From a virus (Duplodnaviria; Caudoviricetes), in IMG/VR virus record IMGVR_UViG_3300037471_000808, positions 5,563 to 69,562 of that record: a stretch of DNA of 64,000 nucleotides; one strand, 5' to 3'. The notes under the pieces were generated by a model. The model did not search any database. It saw only the letters and a program-made list of their open reading frames with translations, and was not told where the DNA came from. A program made the translations under genes and the position numbers. Positions 35,448 to 44,564 of this stretch are shown here, one piece after another; the stretch's first letter is position 1, and each line of letters starts with the position of its first letter.

Positions 35448-36359
35448 ATGAAACAATACCAAGAACTGCTGCAGGACATCCTGCAAAACGGCGTCCGTCA
35501 GGGCAACCGCACCGGCATCGACACCCTGACCCTGCCTGGCGCGATGCTCAAGTTCGACCTGCGCGACGGCTTCCCGGCCGTGACCACCAAGAAGCTGGCG
35601 TTCGGCCAGGTCAAGCGGGAGCTGATCGGCTTCCTGTACGGCCTGACCAGCGCGGCCGACTTCCGCGCGCTGGGCTGCACCATCTGGGACCAGAATGCCA
35701 ACGAGAATGCGGCGTGGCTGGACAATCCTCATCGCAGGGGCGAGGACGACCTGGGTCGGATCTACGGCGCGCAGTGGCGCCGCTGGTCAGCACCGGAAAT
35801 CGAAGAGTTCGATGGTCCCTGGTCGGACGAAACCCTGTACACGGTCAACGATAAGCCGGTCGACCAGATCGCGATCGCCCTCGACACGCTGCGCCACAAC
35901 CCGCAAAGCCGCCGCATCCTCGTCAACGCCTGGAACCCGGCCGAGCTTGACCAGGCTGCGCTGCCGCCCTGCCACGTGCTGTTCCAGCTGCTGCCGCACG
36001 TCGAGTCGAAGGTGCTGCACATGACGATGTACCAGCGCAGCTGCGATATGTTCCTCGGCGTGCCGTTCAACATCGCCAGCTACGCGCTGCTGCTCGAGCT
36101 GTTCGCCGCTTGGTCCGGCTACATGGCCGGCACCTTGACGATGTTCCTGGCCGACGCCCACATCTACGTCAACCATCTCGACCAGGTGAAAGAGCAGCTT
36201 GGACGGGAGCCGCTGCCGCTCCCGCTGCTGAAGATGCACCTGCCGGCCGGCGTGGCGACGCTGCCCCTCGACGAGCTGCTGGCCCGACTGCACCCGGAAG
36301 ACATCTTCCTCGACGGCTACCAATCCCACGCGGCGATCAAAGCGCCGATGGCCGTATGA
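35448..36359 (+). CDS. thyA: thymidylate synthase
   Basis: RTG, LPPCH, YQRSCDMFLGVPFNIASY, DAHIY.NH. Confidence 0.95.
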   Translation: MKQYQELLQDILQNGVRQGNRTGIDTLTLPGAMLKFDLRDGFPAVTTKKLAFGQVKRELIGFLYGLTSAADFRALGCTIWDQNANENAAWLDNPHRRGEDDLGRIYGAQWRRWSAPEIEEFDGPWSDETLYTVNDKPVDQIAIALDTLRHNPQSRRILVNAWNPAELDQAALPPCHVLFQLLPHVESKVLHMTMYQRSCDMFLGVPFNIASYALLLELFAAWSGYMAGTLTMFLADAHIYVNHLDQVKEQLGREPLPLPLLKMHLPAGVATLPLDELLARLHPEDIFLDGYQSHAAIKAPMAV

Positions 36360-36517
36360 ACGCCGCCCAACAGATCGAGCAGGCGATCGCCGAGCTCACG
36401 AAGGCCAAGTCCGAGCTGAACGCTCTGATCCAGGCCGAAACCAAGCCGTTGCTGATGCGCGCCCTCGAGTCGATCGAGGACCGCATCCACGAGGCCCTCG
36501 TGAAACTGGGGGGCTGA
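36356..36517 (+). CDS. small coiled-coil protein
   Basis: ATG 36356, ATGA overlap. Confidence 0.6.
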   Translation: MNAAQQIEQAIAELTKAKSELNALIQAETKPLLMRALESIEDRIHEALVKLGG

Positions 36518-36518
36518 C

Positions 36519-36731
36519 ATGCAAAAAGCGATCAACGTTAATTGCGTCCACTTTTCACGGCGCGGGAAGTGCGCCCATCCGGACTCGCGCGGCCTGTTCG
36601 GCGCGTGCGAGTGCATTTTTCGCAGCGACCTGCGAGCGGGCAGCTGTCTGATCCAGGTCAGGCACGCGAGGCCGCCTGGGCCGCCCGAACCGCCGCCGGC
36701 CCGCGTCGTGCACGAGGGGAGGCAGCCATGA
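36519..36731 (+). CDS. small Cys-rich protein
   Basis: CVHF...CAHP...CEC...C. Confidence 0.55.
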   Translation: MQKAINVNCVHFSRRGKCAHPDSRGLFGACECIFRSDLRAGSCLIQVRHARPPGPPEPPPARVVHEGRQP

Positions 36732-37180
36732 GCGCCGTCGGGCAACGTGGGAAATGGAGCGAGTCGCAGGTGAAGGCCTGGATGAAGAAACGCAACGATG
36801 ACGACGGGCGCTTCGCGTATGCGCGCTGGCCCGACGCCCGCGCCGGCTCGCTGCAAACTGCACCGTCGGACTTCGAGGCAACCTGCCGCGGCACCCACTT
36901 CAAGGTCGAGGTCAAGGAGGTGAAGATCACCACCGTCGCGACCCGCCGGGTGCCGCAGGCGAACTTCTCGGAAGACAAGGTCGCCCGCATGAACAAGTGG
37001 CGTCTGGCCGGCGATGAGTGTTGGGTAGTGGTCTGCCACAAGGGCGAGGGCCGGCACCAGGAGTGGCGCCTGGTCCCGCTCGACATCTTCGTCACGCCGG
37101 CCCCGTCCTGGGACGTCGCCATGTTCAAGGCCTACCCCAAGGTCGGCGACGTGATGGAACAACTTTTCGGAGAGAAATGA
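36728..37180 (+). CDS. PD-(D/E)XK nuclease, probable Holliday junction resolvase
   Basis: PSDF...KVEVKE; ATG 36728. Confidence 0.75.
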   Translation: MSAVGQRGKWSESQVKAWMKKRNDDDGRFAYARWPDARAGSLQTAPSDFEATCRGTHFKVEVKEVKITTVATRRVPQANFSEDKVARMNKWRLAGDECWVVVCHKGEGRHQEWRLVPLDIFVTPAPSWDVAMFKAYPKVGDVMEQLFGEK

Positions 37181-38223
37181 TGAGCTTAACGATCCTTAAC
37201 GACTGGCACATCGGCGCCGTCCGCACCGGCGGCACGACCTTGGCCACCGCCTACCAGCTGCGCCTGGACCTGCTGTCGCAGTTCGAGGAGACGCTGTACG
37301 GCATCGACACCGACCTGATGATCCTGGGCGACTTGTTCGACGGCCCGGACATCAGCAAGGCCGACCTGCTGCGCACCTATCAAGCGTTGTGGGACTGGCT
37401 TGAGCGCCACGTTACCGCCCGCCTGTACCTGGTCAACGGTAACCACGATTTGAGCAAGAACTCGACCAACTTCTCCAGTTTCGAGTTCTTGGCGGCGCTG
37501 CTGAAAAGCAGCTGGGAAGCGCGGGTGACCCACATCACCGAAGGCACGATGACGCCGCACGGCTACGTGATCCCGCACGTGGCCAACCAGGACTTATTCA
37601 ACGTCGAGCTGTCCAAGGTGCCCGAGTGCGACTACCTGTTCGTGCACTGCAACTACGACAACGGCTTCGCCGCCGAATCGGACCACTCGCTGAACCTGTC
37701 GCGCGAGCAGGCCGAAAAGCTGCCGGTGCGGCACATCGTGTTCGCCCACGAGCACCAGGCGCGCACCGAACTGGAAGGCAAGGTGGTCGTCATCGGCAAT
37801 CAGTTCCCGTCGTCCGTCAGCGACTGTCTAAACAACGACTTCAAGTGCATGCTGCACCTGGACGACAACGGCGCCGGCCGCCACCTGCAGCAGCGGATCC
37901 AGACCTGGCAGGCCGAAGGTGACTTCTCCGAGCAGGACTGGCGCGAGCTGGTCGACACCGGCCGCTTCATCCGCGTGACCGGCCAGGCCTCGGCCGCCGA
38001 GGCGTCGCAGGTGGTCAACGCGATCGCGCGCTTTCGCAGCACGGCCAAGGCGCTGGTGATCACCAACGCGGTGAAGATCGAGGGCGTGTCCGACAGCGAG
38101 CAGCTGGTGCTGTCGCACGAGCAGGTCACCAACTTCAACGTGCGCGAGGCGCTGCGCGAGTACCTGACGCCCGAGGAAAACGAGAAGATCGACAAACTGA
38201 AGGAGATGCAAAATGCTGCCTGA
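37177..38223 (+). CDS. Mre11/SbcD-like metallophosphoesterase nuclease
   Basis: NDWHIG, LGDLFD, NGNHD, AHEH. Confidence 0.9.
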   Translation: MMSLTILNDWHIGAVRTGGTTLATAYQLRLDLLSQFEETLYGIDTDLMILGDLFDGPDISKADLLRTYQALWDWLERHVTARLYLVNGNHDLSKNSTNFSSFEFLAALLKSSWEARVTHITEGTMTPHGYVIPHVANQDLFNVELSKVPECDYLFVHCNYDNGFAAESDHSLNLSREQAEKLPVRHIVFAHEHQARTELEGKVVVIGNQFPSSVSDCLNNDFKCMLHLDDNGAGRHLQQRIQTWQAEGDFSEQDWRELVDTGRFIRVTGQASAAEASQVVNAIARFRSTAKALVITNAVKIEGVSDSEQLVLSHEQVTNFNVREALREYLTPEENEKIDKLKEMQNAA

Positions 38224-38510
38224 CGATGTGAAGGCGCGGCTGCGCAAACTGTGCGAAAACGCGACGCCCGGCCCACGCGCCCTGCTGCCGAGAAACATCA
38301 ACTGGAGAGAAGCAATCGCTCAGGGTACAGACCCTGTCGATGTGGCTGCGGCCAACGATGATTGGTGTCTCGGATGGGAGATCGTAGCGGGTGCAGGATT
38401 CGCCCATGTCAGCCGCGGCGACTTTCGAGGCTCGGACGCCGCCCTGATTATGGCCACGCCGCCCGAAGTAATCCTCGCCCTGCTGGACGAAATCGACAAA
38501 CTGAAGGAGA
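38188..38510 (+). repeat. 19-bp perfect direct repeat at 38188-38206 and 38492-38510
   Basis: ATCGACAAACTGAAGGAGA in both copies. Confidence 0.95.
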
Positions 38511-38524
38511 GCCAAAGTGCTTGA
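38213..38524 (+). CDS. Ead/Ea22-like protein
   Basis: ATPGP...DAALI.ATPPEVILALLDEI. Confidence 0.75.
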   Translation: MLPDDVKARLRKLCENATPGPRALLPRNINWREAIAQGTDPVDVAAANDDWCLGWEIVAGAGFAHVSRGDFRGSDAALIMATPPEVILALLDEIDKLKESQSA

Positions 38525-40718
38525 GTACGTCCGCTGTGAAAATTTCAGGAAACACACCGACACGACGGTCCACTTCGCGCCCGGCATCAACGCGATCCGC
38601 GCCGCCGTCGAGCGCGGCAAGTCGACCCTGCTCGAGGCGCTGGCCTATGCCTACTTCGGTGCCAAGGCGGGCCTCAAGAAGGGCGAAACCATCGACGACG
38701 TCGTCACCTACGGCGTACCTGTCAACAAGCTGCGCGTCGAGCACGCGTTCAGCCTGGCCGGAGTCAAGTACCGCATCGTGCGCTCGCCCAAGGGCGCCGA
38801 GCTGTACGCCAACGGCAGCGACAAGCCGCTGGTCACCGGGCAGGATGCGGTGACCGAGCAGGTCGAGAAGCTGTTCGGCACCACCAAGGACATGGCCGCC
38901 AAGCTGATGCTGGCGCGCCAGAAGGACCTGGGCGGCGCGCTCGCTGGCGGCCCGACCGAGGCCGGCAAGATGATCGAAAACTTGGCCGACCTCGACCTGA
39001 TCGACGAGCTGATCGGGCTGGTGGCCGAGCAGCTGCCGTACGGCGACACGGCTGGCGTGAAGGGCTCGATCGAGTACCTGAAGGGCGAAGCCGAGCCGGG
39101 CGAGCTGCCGGACCTGGCGCCGCTGCAGGAGGACGTGATTGACACCACCAACGCGTACGAGGCAGCAGTCAATAACTACAGCGCCGCCAAGGACGTGCTC
39201 GACGCGCTGCCGGTCGCCGCCGCACGCACCACCTTGCAGGACGAGCACGCGCTGAAGACGGCGATCGCCGCGCGCAGCAGCCAGATCGCCACCCTGCAAA
39301 CGGCGCTGGACGCCAAACTGCCGGTCGCGCCGGCCGACGCCGAGATCGCCGCCTGCCGCCAGCAGGTCGAGCAGCAGAAGCAGCGCGGCGCCGCGCTCAA
39401 GCTGTTGGCCGAGCTGAAGGCCGCCAACATCGTCGAGCTGTGGGACGAACCCTTGGCCTCGCTGCACGCCGAGATCGCGAAGACCGAGGGCGAGGTGGCC
39501 GACGCCGACACGCAGGTCGCGTCGACCAAAGAGCGTATCGCCGACCTGAAGGCCAAGCTGCAGAAGGCGGCGTCGGCCTACGAGGTGCACAAGGCGCAGC
39601 TGGAAGGCAAGCTGGTCAGGGAAGAGAGCTGCGCGTTCTGCGGCAAGGACCTGAAGGACATCCCCGAGGTCGCCCGGGTCAACAACCCACTCAACGCCCA
39701 GTTGGCGAAGCTGAAGGTCGACTTCGATGGGGTGCAGGCCGAGGTGGCCGACGCGCTCGACGTGTTGCACACCAGCTTGACGGTGCTGGCCAACCGGAAG
39801 GCCGAGCGCGCCGCATACCTGAAGGACCTGCGCGCGGTGCTGGTGGCGCACGACCGCGCCGAGCTGCTGTTCGCGCGCGCGGCCGACTACATCGCGCTCG
39901 ACCGCAAGGGCGTGCCGGCGACCTGGTCCTGGACCGGCCCGACCGAGGGCGGTGTGGACTTGGCGCCGAAGCTGCGCGAACTGGAAGCGGACCGCGACAA
40001 GTCGCTGGCGGCGAAGGCGCGCCGCGAGCAGCAGCAGGTGCAGCTGGTCGACCTGCAGAACCTGCAGGCGGCCGACACCGCCAAGCTGTCAGGGCTGGAC
40101 GTCGCCAGCGCGCGCGCCACGCTCGAACGCGAGACCGAGCAGAAGGCACGCGTCCTGCGGCTGCAGGAGGCGATGCAGCAGGCCGAGCGCGCCCATGCGA
40201 CGGCCAAGCAGGCATTCGAGCTGGCGAGGGCCAGGCGCGAGCAGCTGCTGGCCAGCGCCGAGAAGGCGCGCCAGCAGCTGGCCGCTGCCGAGGCGCAGCT
40301 GGCCGAGATCGAGGCCAACAACCTCTTGGTCAAGAAGCTGCGCGCGGCGCGCCCGGCGATCACCGACAAGCTGTGGGCGCTGGTGCTGGGCGGGGTGTCG
40401 TCCTACCTGGGCCAGATCCGCGGCGAGGTCTCCAACATCACCCGCGTCGACGGCCGCTTCCGCATTTGTGGGCAACCGATCACCGGCCTGTCCGGCTCGG
40501 CCGAGGACGCGCTCGGGCTGGCTAACCGGCTGGCGCTGACCCGCACCTTCCTGCCCAACATCGACTTCCTGCTGCTGGACGAGCCGGCCGCGGCATGCAA
40601 TGATGAACGCGAAACGGCAATGTTGGGCCTGCTTGCCACCTGCGGCTTCGGCCAGGTGATCCTGGTCACGCACAGCCCGCTCGCGGACTCGTTCGCTGAT
40701 AACATCATCACTTTCTAA
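38517..40718 (+). CDS. Rad50/SbcC-like ABC ATPase
   Basis: RGKST, coiled coils, CAFC zinc hook, LSGS, LLLDEP, VTH. Confidence 0.9.
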   Translation: MLEYVRCENFRKHTDTTVHFAPGINAIRAAVERGKSTLLEALAYAYFGAKAGLKKGETIDDVVTYGVPVNKLRVEHAFSLAGVKYRIVRSPKGAELYANGSDKPLVTGQDAVTEQVEKLFGTTKDMAAKLMLARQKDLGGALAGGPTEAGKMIENLADLDLIDELIGLVAEQLPYGDTAGVKGSIEYLKGEAEPGELPDLAPLQEDVIDTTNAYEAAVNNYSAAKDVLDALPVAAARTTLQDEHALKTAIAARSSQIATLQTALDAKLPVAPADAEIAACRQQVEQQKQRGAALKLLAELKAANIVELWDEPLASLHAEIAKTEGEVADADTQVASTKERIADLKAKLQKAASAYEVHKAQLEGKLVREESCAFCGKDLKDIPEVARVNNPLNAQLAKLKVDFDGVQAEVADALDVLHTSLTVLANRKAERAAYLKDLRAVLVAHDRAELLFARAADYIALDRKGVPATWSWTGPTEGGVDLAPKLRELEADRDKSLAAKARREQQQVQLVDLQNLQAADTAKLSGLDVASARATLERETEQKARVLRLQEAMQQAERAHATAKQAFELARARREQLLASAEKARQQLAAAEAQLAEIEANNLLVKKLRAARPAITDKLWALVLGGVSSYLGQIRGEVSNITRVDGRFRICGQPITGLSGSAEDALGLANRLALTRTFLPNIDFLLLDEPAAACNDERETAMLGLLATCGFGQVILVTHSPLADSFADNIITF

Positions 40719-40729
40719 AGGAACCCACC

Positions 40730-40984
40730 ATGGAAATCATCAACCACCCGGCCTGCACCGGCACCCTGGCCGCACCGCCCGGCGTCGAGGGCGTCGCCCC
40801 GCTGCCGGTCGCCCCGCTGGCGACTGACCTGGGCACCGCCTTGTTCTCGTTTTGGAAGCCCGACGCGGCCGAGCTGGCAGCGCTGAACGCCGGCCAGTGC
40901 GTCGCGCTCGGCGTGTACACGCAGGCCGAGAACCATCCGGTCGTGACGGTCGCCGTAACCCTGCAAACGCAGGAGGCAGCATGA
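40730..40984 (+). CDS. hypothetical protein
   Basis: SFWKPD..EL..LN.G...LGV....HPVV pattern; SD AAGGA. Confidence 0.75.
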   Translation: MEIINHPACTGTLAAPPGVEGVAPLPVAPLATDLGTALFSFWKPDAAELAALNAGQCVALGVYTQAENHPVVTVAVTLQTQEAA

Positions 40985-41217
40985 GCACGATGACCGACAA
41001 CCTGGCGCGCCCCGAGGCACCTATCATCGACGGCTGGATGGAGATCGACGCCTACTGCGAGAAGTACGGCCAGCGCAAGAACACGGTCCAGAAGCGCGTG
41101 CACGACGGCACCTGGCCGCGCGGCCTGATGTACGCGTCGCCGTCCGGCGGCGTCGCCTACGTCCACGTCGAGCGCTGCAACGACTGGCTGCAGGCGCGCG
41201 GGAAGCTGAAACTGTGA
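40981..41217 (+). CDS. excisionase-like winged-helix DNA-binding protein
   Basis: WMEIDAYCEKYG...TVQKRV..G.W..G......V.VE..NDW. Confidence 0.7.
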   Translation: MSTMTDNLARPEAPIIDGWMEIDAYCEKYGQRKNTVQKRVHDGTWPRGLMYASPSGGVAYVHVERCNDWLQARGKLKL

Positions 41218-41363
41218 GGCTGGCACTGGCAGTGGTAGCGGGGCTGATCATTTGGCCCACGGTCCCGCTGTTATTCAGGTTCCGCAAGGTCGCTGCCGCG
41301 TGCTGGTACGCCGTGCCTGTGCTCAGCCTGATGCTGTTCAAGGCGCTTGCTGCCGCCCTGTAG
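41214..41363 (+). CDS. small membrane protein (49 aa), not in the ORF track
   Basis: GTGA overlap; two hydrophobic segments; ends just before the terminator. Confidence 0.55.
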   Translation: MRLALAVVAGLIIWPTVPLLFRFRKVAAACWYAVPVLSLMLFKALAAAL

Positions 41364-41366
41364 CCC

Positions 41367-41396
41367 AAGGCCCGCGTCAGGCGGGCCTTACTTTTT
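41367..41396 (+). terminator. Rho-independent terminator closing the replication operon
   Basis: AAGGCCCGC-GTCAG-GCGGGCCTT then ACTTTTT. Confidence 0.85.
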
Positions 41397-41489
41397 GCGC
41401 AATCCTCAGCGCTAGATCAAGAGCAGTCTCATCGGTCGTCCTATCGTGAGGGCGGGTGCTCACCCAAACTTACCTTAAAAGGATTACAT

Positions 41490-42671
41490 ATGAGAAAACT
41501 TACCTATGTTGCCGCCGCGCTCGCCCTGGTCGCGTGCGGCGGTCGCGCTTCTGCCGCGCCCTCGTCCGCCGCGCCCCGCGCGCATGCGCTGGCGATCGGC
41601 GCCGGCCAGCCGTGGTTCAGCGCCAACGGCATCACCTACCTGCCGGTCGGCACGTCGGCGTATCCGGGAGGAGAGGACTGGTACGCCCTCTGCACCTATG
41701 ATGCCCAGGGCACGAAGGCCTGCAAGCGGCTCGTGCCGGCGTGGAGCATGAAAGGCATTCAGGTCAACTCCGAAATCGGCGCGGACGGCAGGACCCCGTT
41801 GACGCTCTACGCGCAGACCGAGATGTACGCCGGCCAGGATGTCAGCGCGATGTCGGACGCAGACAAGGTCAAGCTGGCGAAATCAGTGCTGGACCGCCAG
41901 AGCGCCGCCATCGCCGTGTTCGAGGCGAGGCTTGCGGGCGCGATCGCCCAGTTCGACGCCGGCTGTGCCGCGGACGTCGGCTGCGAGACGGCTGCGAGCG
42001 CACTGCGCAGTGGCCGCGCCCCTGCCAGCAGCGCGCGCGCCAAGGCGCCCGGGGCGAAGACCGACGCCGAGCCTGAGCCCCGCCACGCCGCCCTTGCGGG
42101 CGGCAAGCGGCTGCAGGACGCTGGCTCGGTCGATGTGCCGGGGCAGCGCCCCGACCCCGAATACCCGACCTTCGACCCGAATCCGCCCGACCCGTCCGCA
42201 CCGGACGGCAGCCCCGACCCGGGTGCCGCTGGCGAAGGAGGCATGCCGGACCAGCCGGACGGCAGTGGCGGCTGGCGGCGCTACCGGGCACCGAGCGAAA
42301 CCTGCGTGGCGCTGCCGCCGCTGCCCGGCCTGCCCGCCGTGGCCGCGGGCTGCACGGTGACCGTGCCGGCTCCGAAACCGGTGCCCAGCCCGGACACCCA
42401 GCCGCTGCCGCGCCCGGCCACCGACTGGTGCCAGATGTTTCCGGGCATGTGCGCGAATGCTGACGGGTTGCCGCCCAACGTCCCCAACCCCATGCGGGAC
42501 ATGTGCAACAGCCGCTTCGTGCTCAAGGCGATGCACTGCTTCCAGGAGCGTCTGGACCATCCGGACACCGTCAGCGACACGAAGACGCGCCTGTGCGTCG
42601 CCGGAGCCCAGGCCCAGCTGGCCCTGTGCGTCACCGGCGCACCGCCGCTGCGCACGTCCGCGCGCCAGTAG
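41490..42671 (+). CDS. putative lipoprotein with a Pro-rich linker and Cys-rich C-terminus (moron-like)
   Basis: MRKLTYVAAALALVA|CGG lipobox; SD AAGGA; stand-alone after a terminator. Confidence 0.7.
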   Translation: MRKLTYVAAALALVACGGRASAAPSSAAPRAHALAIGAGQPWFSANGITYLPVGTSAYPGGEDWYALCTYDAQGTKACKRLVPAWSMKGIQVNSEIGADGRTPLTLYAQTEMYAGQDVSAMSDADKVKLAKSVLDRQSAAIAVFEARLAGAIAQFDAGCAADVGCETAASALRSGRAPASSARAKAPGAKTDAEPEPRHAALAGGKRLQDAGSVDVPGQRPDPEYPTFDPNPPDPSAPDGSPDPGAAGEGGMPDQPDGSGGWRRYRAPSETCVALPPLPGLPAVAAGCTVTVPAPKPVPSPDTQPLPRPATDWCQMFPGMCANADGLPPNVPNPMRDMCNSRFVLKAMHCFQERLDHPDTVSDTKTRLCVAGAQAQLALCVTGAPPLRTSARQ

Positions 42672-42674
42672 GCG

Positions 42675-43439
42675 TCAGCCGAAGCGCTTCTTCAGGTCGT
42701 GCAACGGGATGAAGTGCTCGTCGAACTGGCCGTCGTCGACGTTGTGCAGCATGACGACGCCGTGCCAGTGCTTGTTGCCCTGCGGCCCGAGGTAGCGCTC
42801 CTCGTGGTCGTAGCAGGACCCGGCGATGATCGAGGTCAGGGCTTTTCCGTCGGCGCGGTAGGCGCGCGCCATCTGGCGCCCCTGCTGGTGGCCGGCGATG
42901 CAGCTCATCAGCTTCTTGTTCAGCTGGGCCTGGGCGGACGCCGCCGGCCGCCCCATCGCACCAGTGGTGAAGTAATGGGAGAACGCGATCCCTTCGATTA
43001 CGACGACCTCGAGGAACGGGTGCACCTGCCAGCCGTAGCTGGCGTAGGCGAGGTCCTCCAGGCCGATGGTGCCGTCGAGCATCGGCTCCTCGTCGATCGT
43101 GCGGCAGATGCGGTGCTCGTGGTTGCCGTACAGGATGTGCATCGCGGGCCGGTACAGCGCATGCTTGGTGGCTAGGCGCCGGCAGTTGTAGTCGCGCAGT
43201 GGCCCAAGCAGGGCCTGCATGCCTCGGTGCGCCGCCTCGATGTCGGCCTTGTAGCGCCGCCCCTCGTAGCAACCCTTGCCCTTGTCGTACAAGGACAGCG
43301 ACTCCATGTCGGCAAAATCGCCCAGGTGGACGATGATGTCGGGCTTCTCGGCCACGATCAGGCGGCCGATGCAGTGCAGGTAGCTCAGGTCAACGTTCGG
43401 TTTGACTTGGCTGTCCGGGATCACGAGGATGGTCGTCAT
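42675..43439 (-). CDS. calcineurin-like metallophosphoesterase
   Basis: IPDSQ, HLGDFAD, GNHE, SHY, AGHQQ. Confidence 0.9.
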   Translation of the reverse strand: MTTILVIPDSQVKPNVDLSYLHCIGRLIVAEKPDIIVHLGDFADMESLSLYDKGKGCYEGRRYKADIEAAHRGMQALLGPLRDYNCRRLATKHALYRPAMHILYGNHEHRICRTIDEEPMLDGTIGLEDLAYASYGWQVHPFLEVVVIEGIAFSHYFTTGAMGRPAASAQAQLNKKLMSCIAGHQQGRQMARAYRADGKALTSIIAGSCYDHEERYLGPQGNKHWHGVVMLHNVDDGQFDEHFIPLHDLKKRFG

Positions 43440-43968
43440 CGGGCTGGTACCAGTCTCCTGCTTTACCGTTGAAAGTTACCTGCTGCTTGGCGTAGAACTC
43501 GCGCCAGCCGAGGGCTTGCTCGCGCCAGACGCGGCAGCTGGTGGCGTTGGCGACTTCGATGCTTCCGAGCTCGGAAAACGAAATTCCTGCGGGTTCGCGG
43601 TCAGACTCGGCGGCGGGTCCAGCAGCGGTGCCGGACCAGGCGGCGGCGGCGACGCGCACGAAGCCAACAGGCACAGCGAAAAGCTGGTCAGTAGCAGGCG
43701 GGATATAGGTCGGGACATCGGCTTCAAGCTGCTTCTCCTGGACGTAGATTTTCTGGATCCGGTCGCGGTACACGGTCTCGACCCGGGTGACCGTCTGGAC
43801 TTCCTTCTTCACCGTCGTCACCACCTGGGTGACGACCTTGCCGGCCGCGTCGCGCGCCTCGTGCAGCCGCCCAAGCTCGTAGGCGGACAGGGCCAGCGCG
43901 GCGATCGCAAGCCAGCGTGCCCACGGCGGGACCAGGGTGCCGGTCAGGGTGGCGAGTAGCGCGCGCAT
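43390..43968 (-). CDS. Rz: i-spanin
   Basis: N-terminal TM segment plus coiled region; located after the endolysin. Confidence 0.8.
   Translation of the reverse strand: MRALLATLTGTLVPPWARWLAIAALALSAYELGRLHEARDAAGKVVTQVVTTVKKEVQTVTRVETVYRDRIQKIYVQEKQLEADVPTYIPPATDQLFAVPVGFVRVAAAAWSGTAAGPAAESDREPAGISFSELGSIEVANATSCRVWREQALGWREFYAKQQVTFNGKAGDWYQPDDDHPRDPGQPSQTER
43476..43727 (-). CDS. Rz1: o-spanin lipoprotein embedded in the i-spanin gene
   Basis: LLLTSFSLCLLAS|C lipobox, Pro-rich, alternative frame inside Rz. Confidence 0.85.
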   Translation of the reverse strand: MKPMSRPISRLLLTSFSLCLLASCASPPPPGPAPLLDPPPSLTANPQEFRFPSSEASKSPTPPAAASGASKPSAGASSTPSSR

Positions 43969-44564
43969 CAGCACTCCTCGAGCCAGCCGTCGGTCAGGAA
44001 GCCGTGGTAGCCGGGCGTCTGAATCGACGGGCGCGCGGTCACGTCCGGTACGGTGCCGGTACGCGTCCAGCCGACCTGGTCGCGGGGAGCGTTACTGGCC
44101 GGGCCGTCGATGACCCACCAGCGACCGTCCGGCAGCTTGCACTGCAGGTGTTTGCCGTCCGGCCCTGGCTGGTAGCCTCCCCCGAAGTCGTGCAGCCAGC
44201 CGGCGTAGCGCAGTGCCCCCGGCGGCGCGCTGCGGTCGGTCATCAACTCGCCGGTGTCGGCGCGCCGGTACAGCGTGTCAGGGTTGAACTGCCAGTTGTC
44301 GGACGGCGTGAACGCATAGCCGCAGGCGCAGTGGGTCGGCCAGCGCGGATCGTCATGCGGCCACAGGTCGCCGTGCACCGCGCCATAGACGTACTTGGAA
44401 ATCTTAGGCATGGCGGCCAGCGCGTCATCGCCGATCTCGGCACTGGCATTGTGGTAGCCGTGCACAGGGCATTCTCCCTGCAGCCCGCCGCTCGCGCTGT
44501 AGCGGCGCAGCGACATGCGCACCCGATCGGTCGGCTCAATCAGGAAGCAGCGGACACGGTTCAT
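43968..44564 (-). CDS. Cys/His-containing hypothetical protein within the lysis cassette
   Basis: ATG 44564; CPVHGYH, HCACG, WTRTG...TARPSI...YHGFLTDG. Confidence 0.75.
   Translation of the reverse strand: MNRVRCFLIEPTDRVRMSLRRYSASGGLQGECPVHGYHNASAEIGDDALAAMPKISKYVYGAVHGDLWPHDDPRWPTHCACGYAFTPSDNWQFNPDTLYRRADTGELMTDRSAPPGALRYAGWLHDFGGGYQPGPDGKHLQCKLPDGRWWVIDGPASNAPRDQVGWTRTGTVPDVTARPSIQTPGYHGFLTDGWLEEC

Noticed and set aside
35448-36359. ThyA homologue as a base-hypermodification enzyme
   Set aside because: Motifs are canonical ThyA (PCH, RSCD, PFN) and no partner modification genes are adjacent. No PurZ-like gene was seen either.
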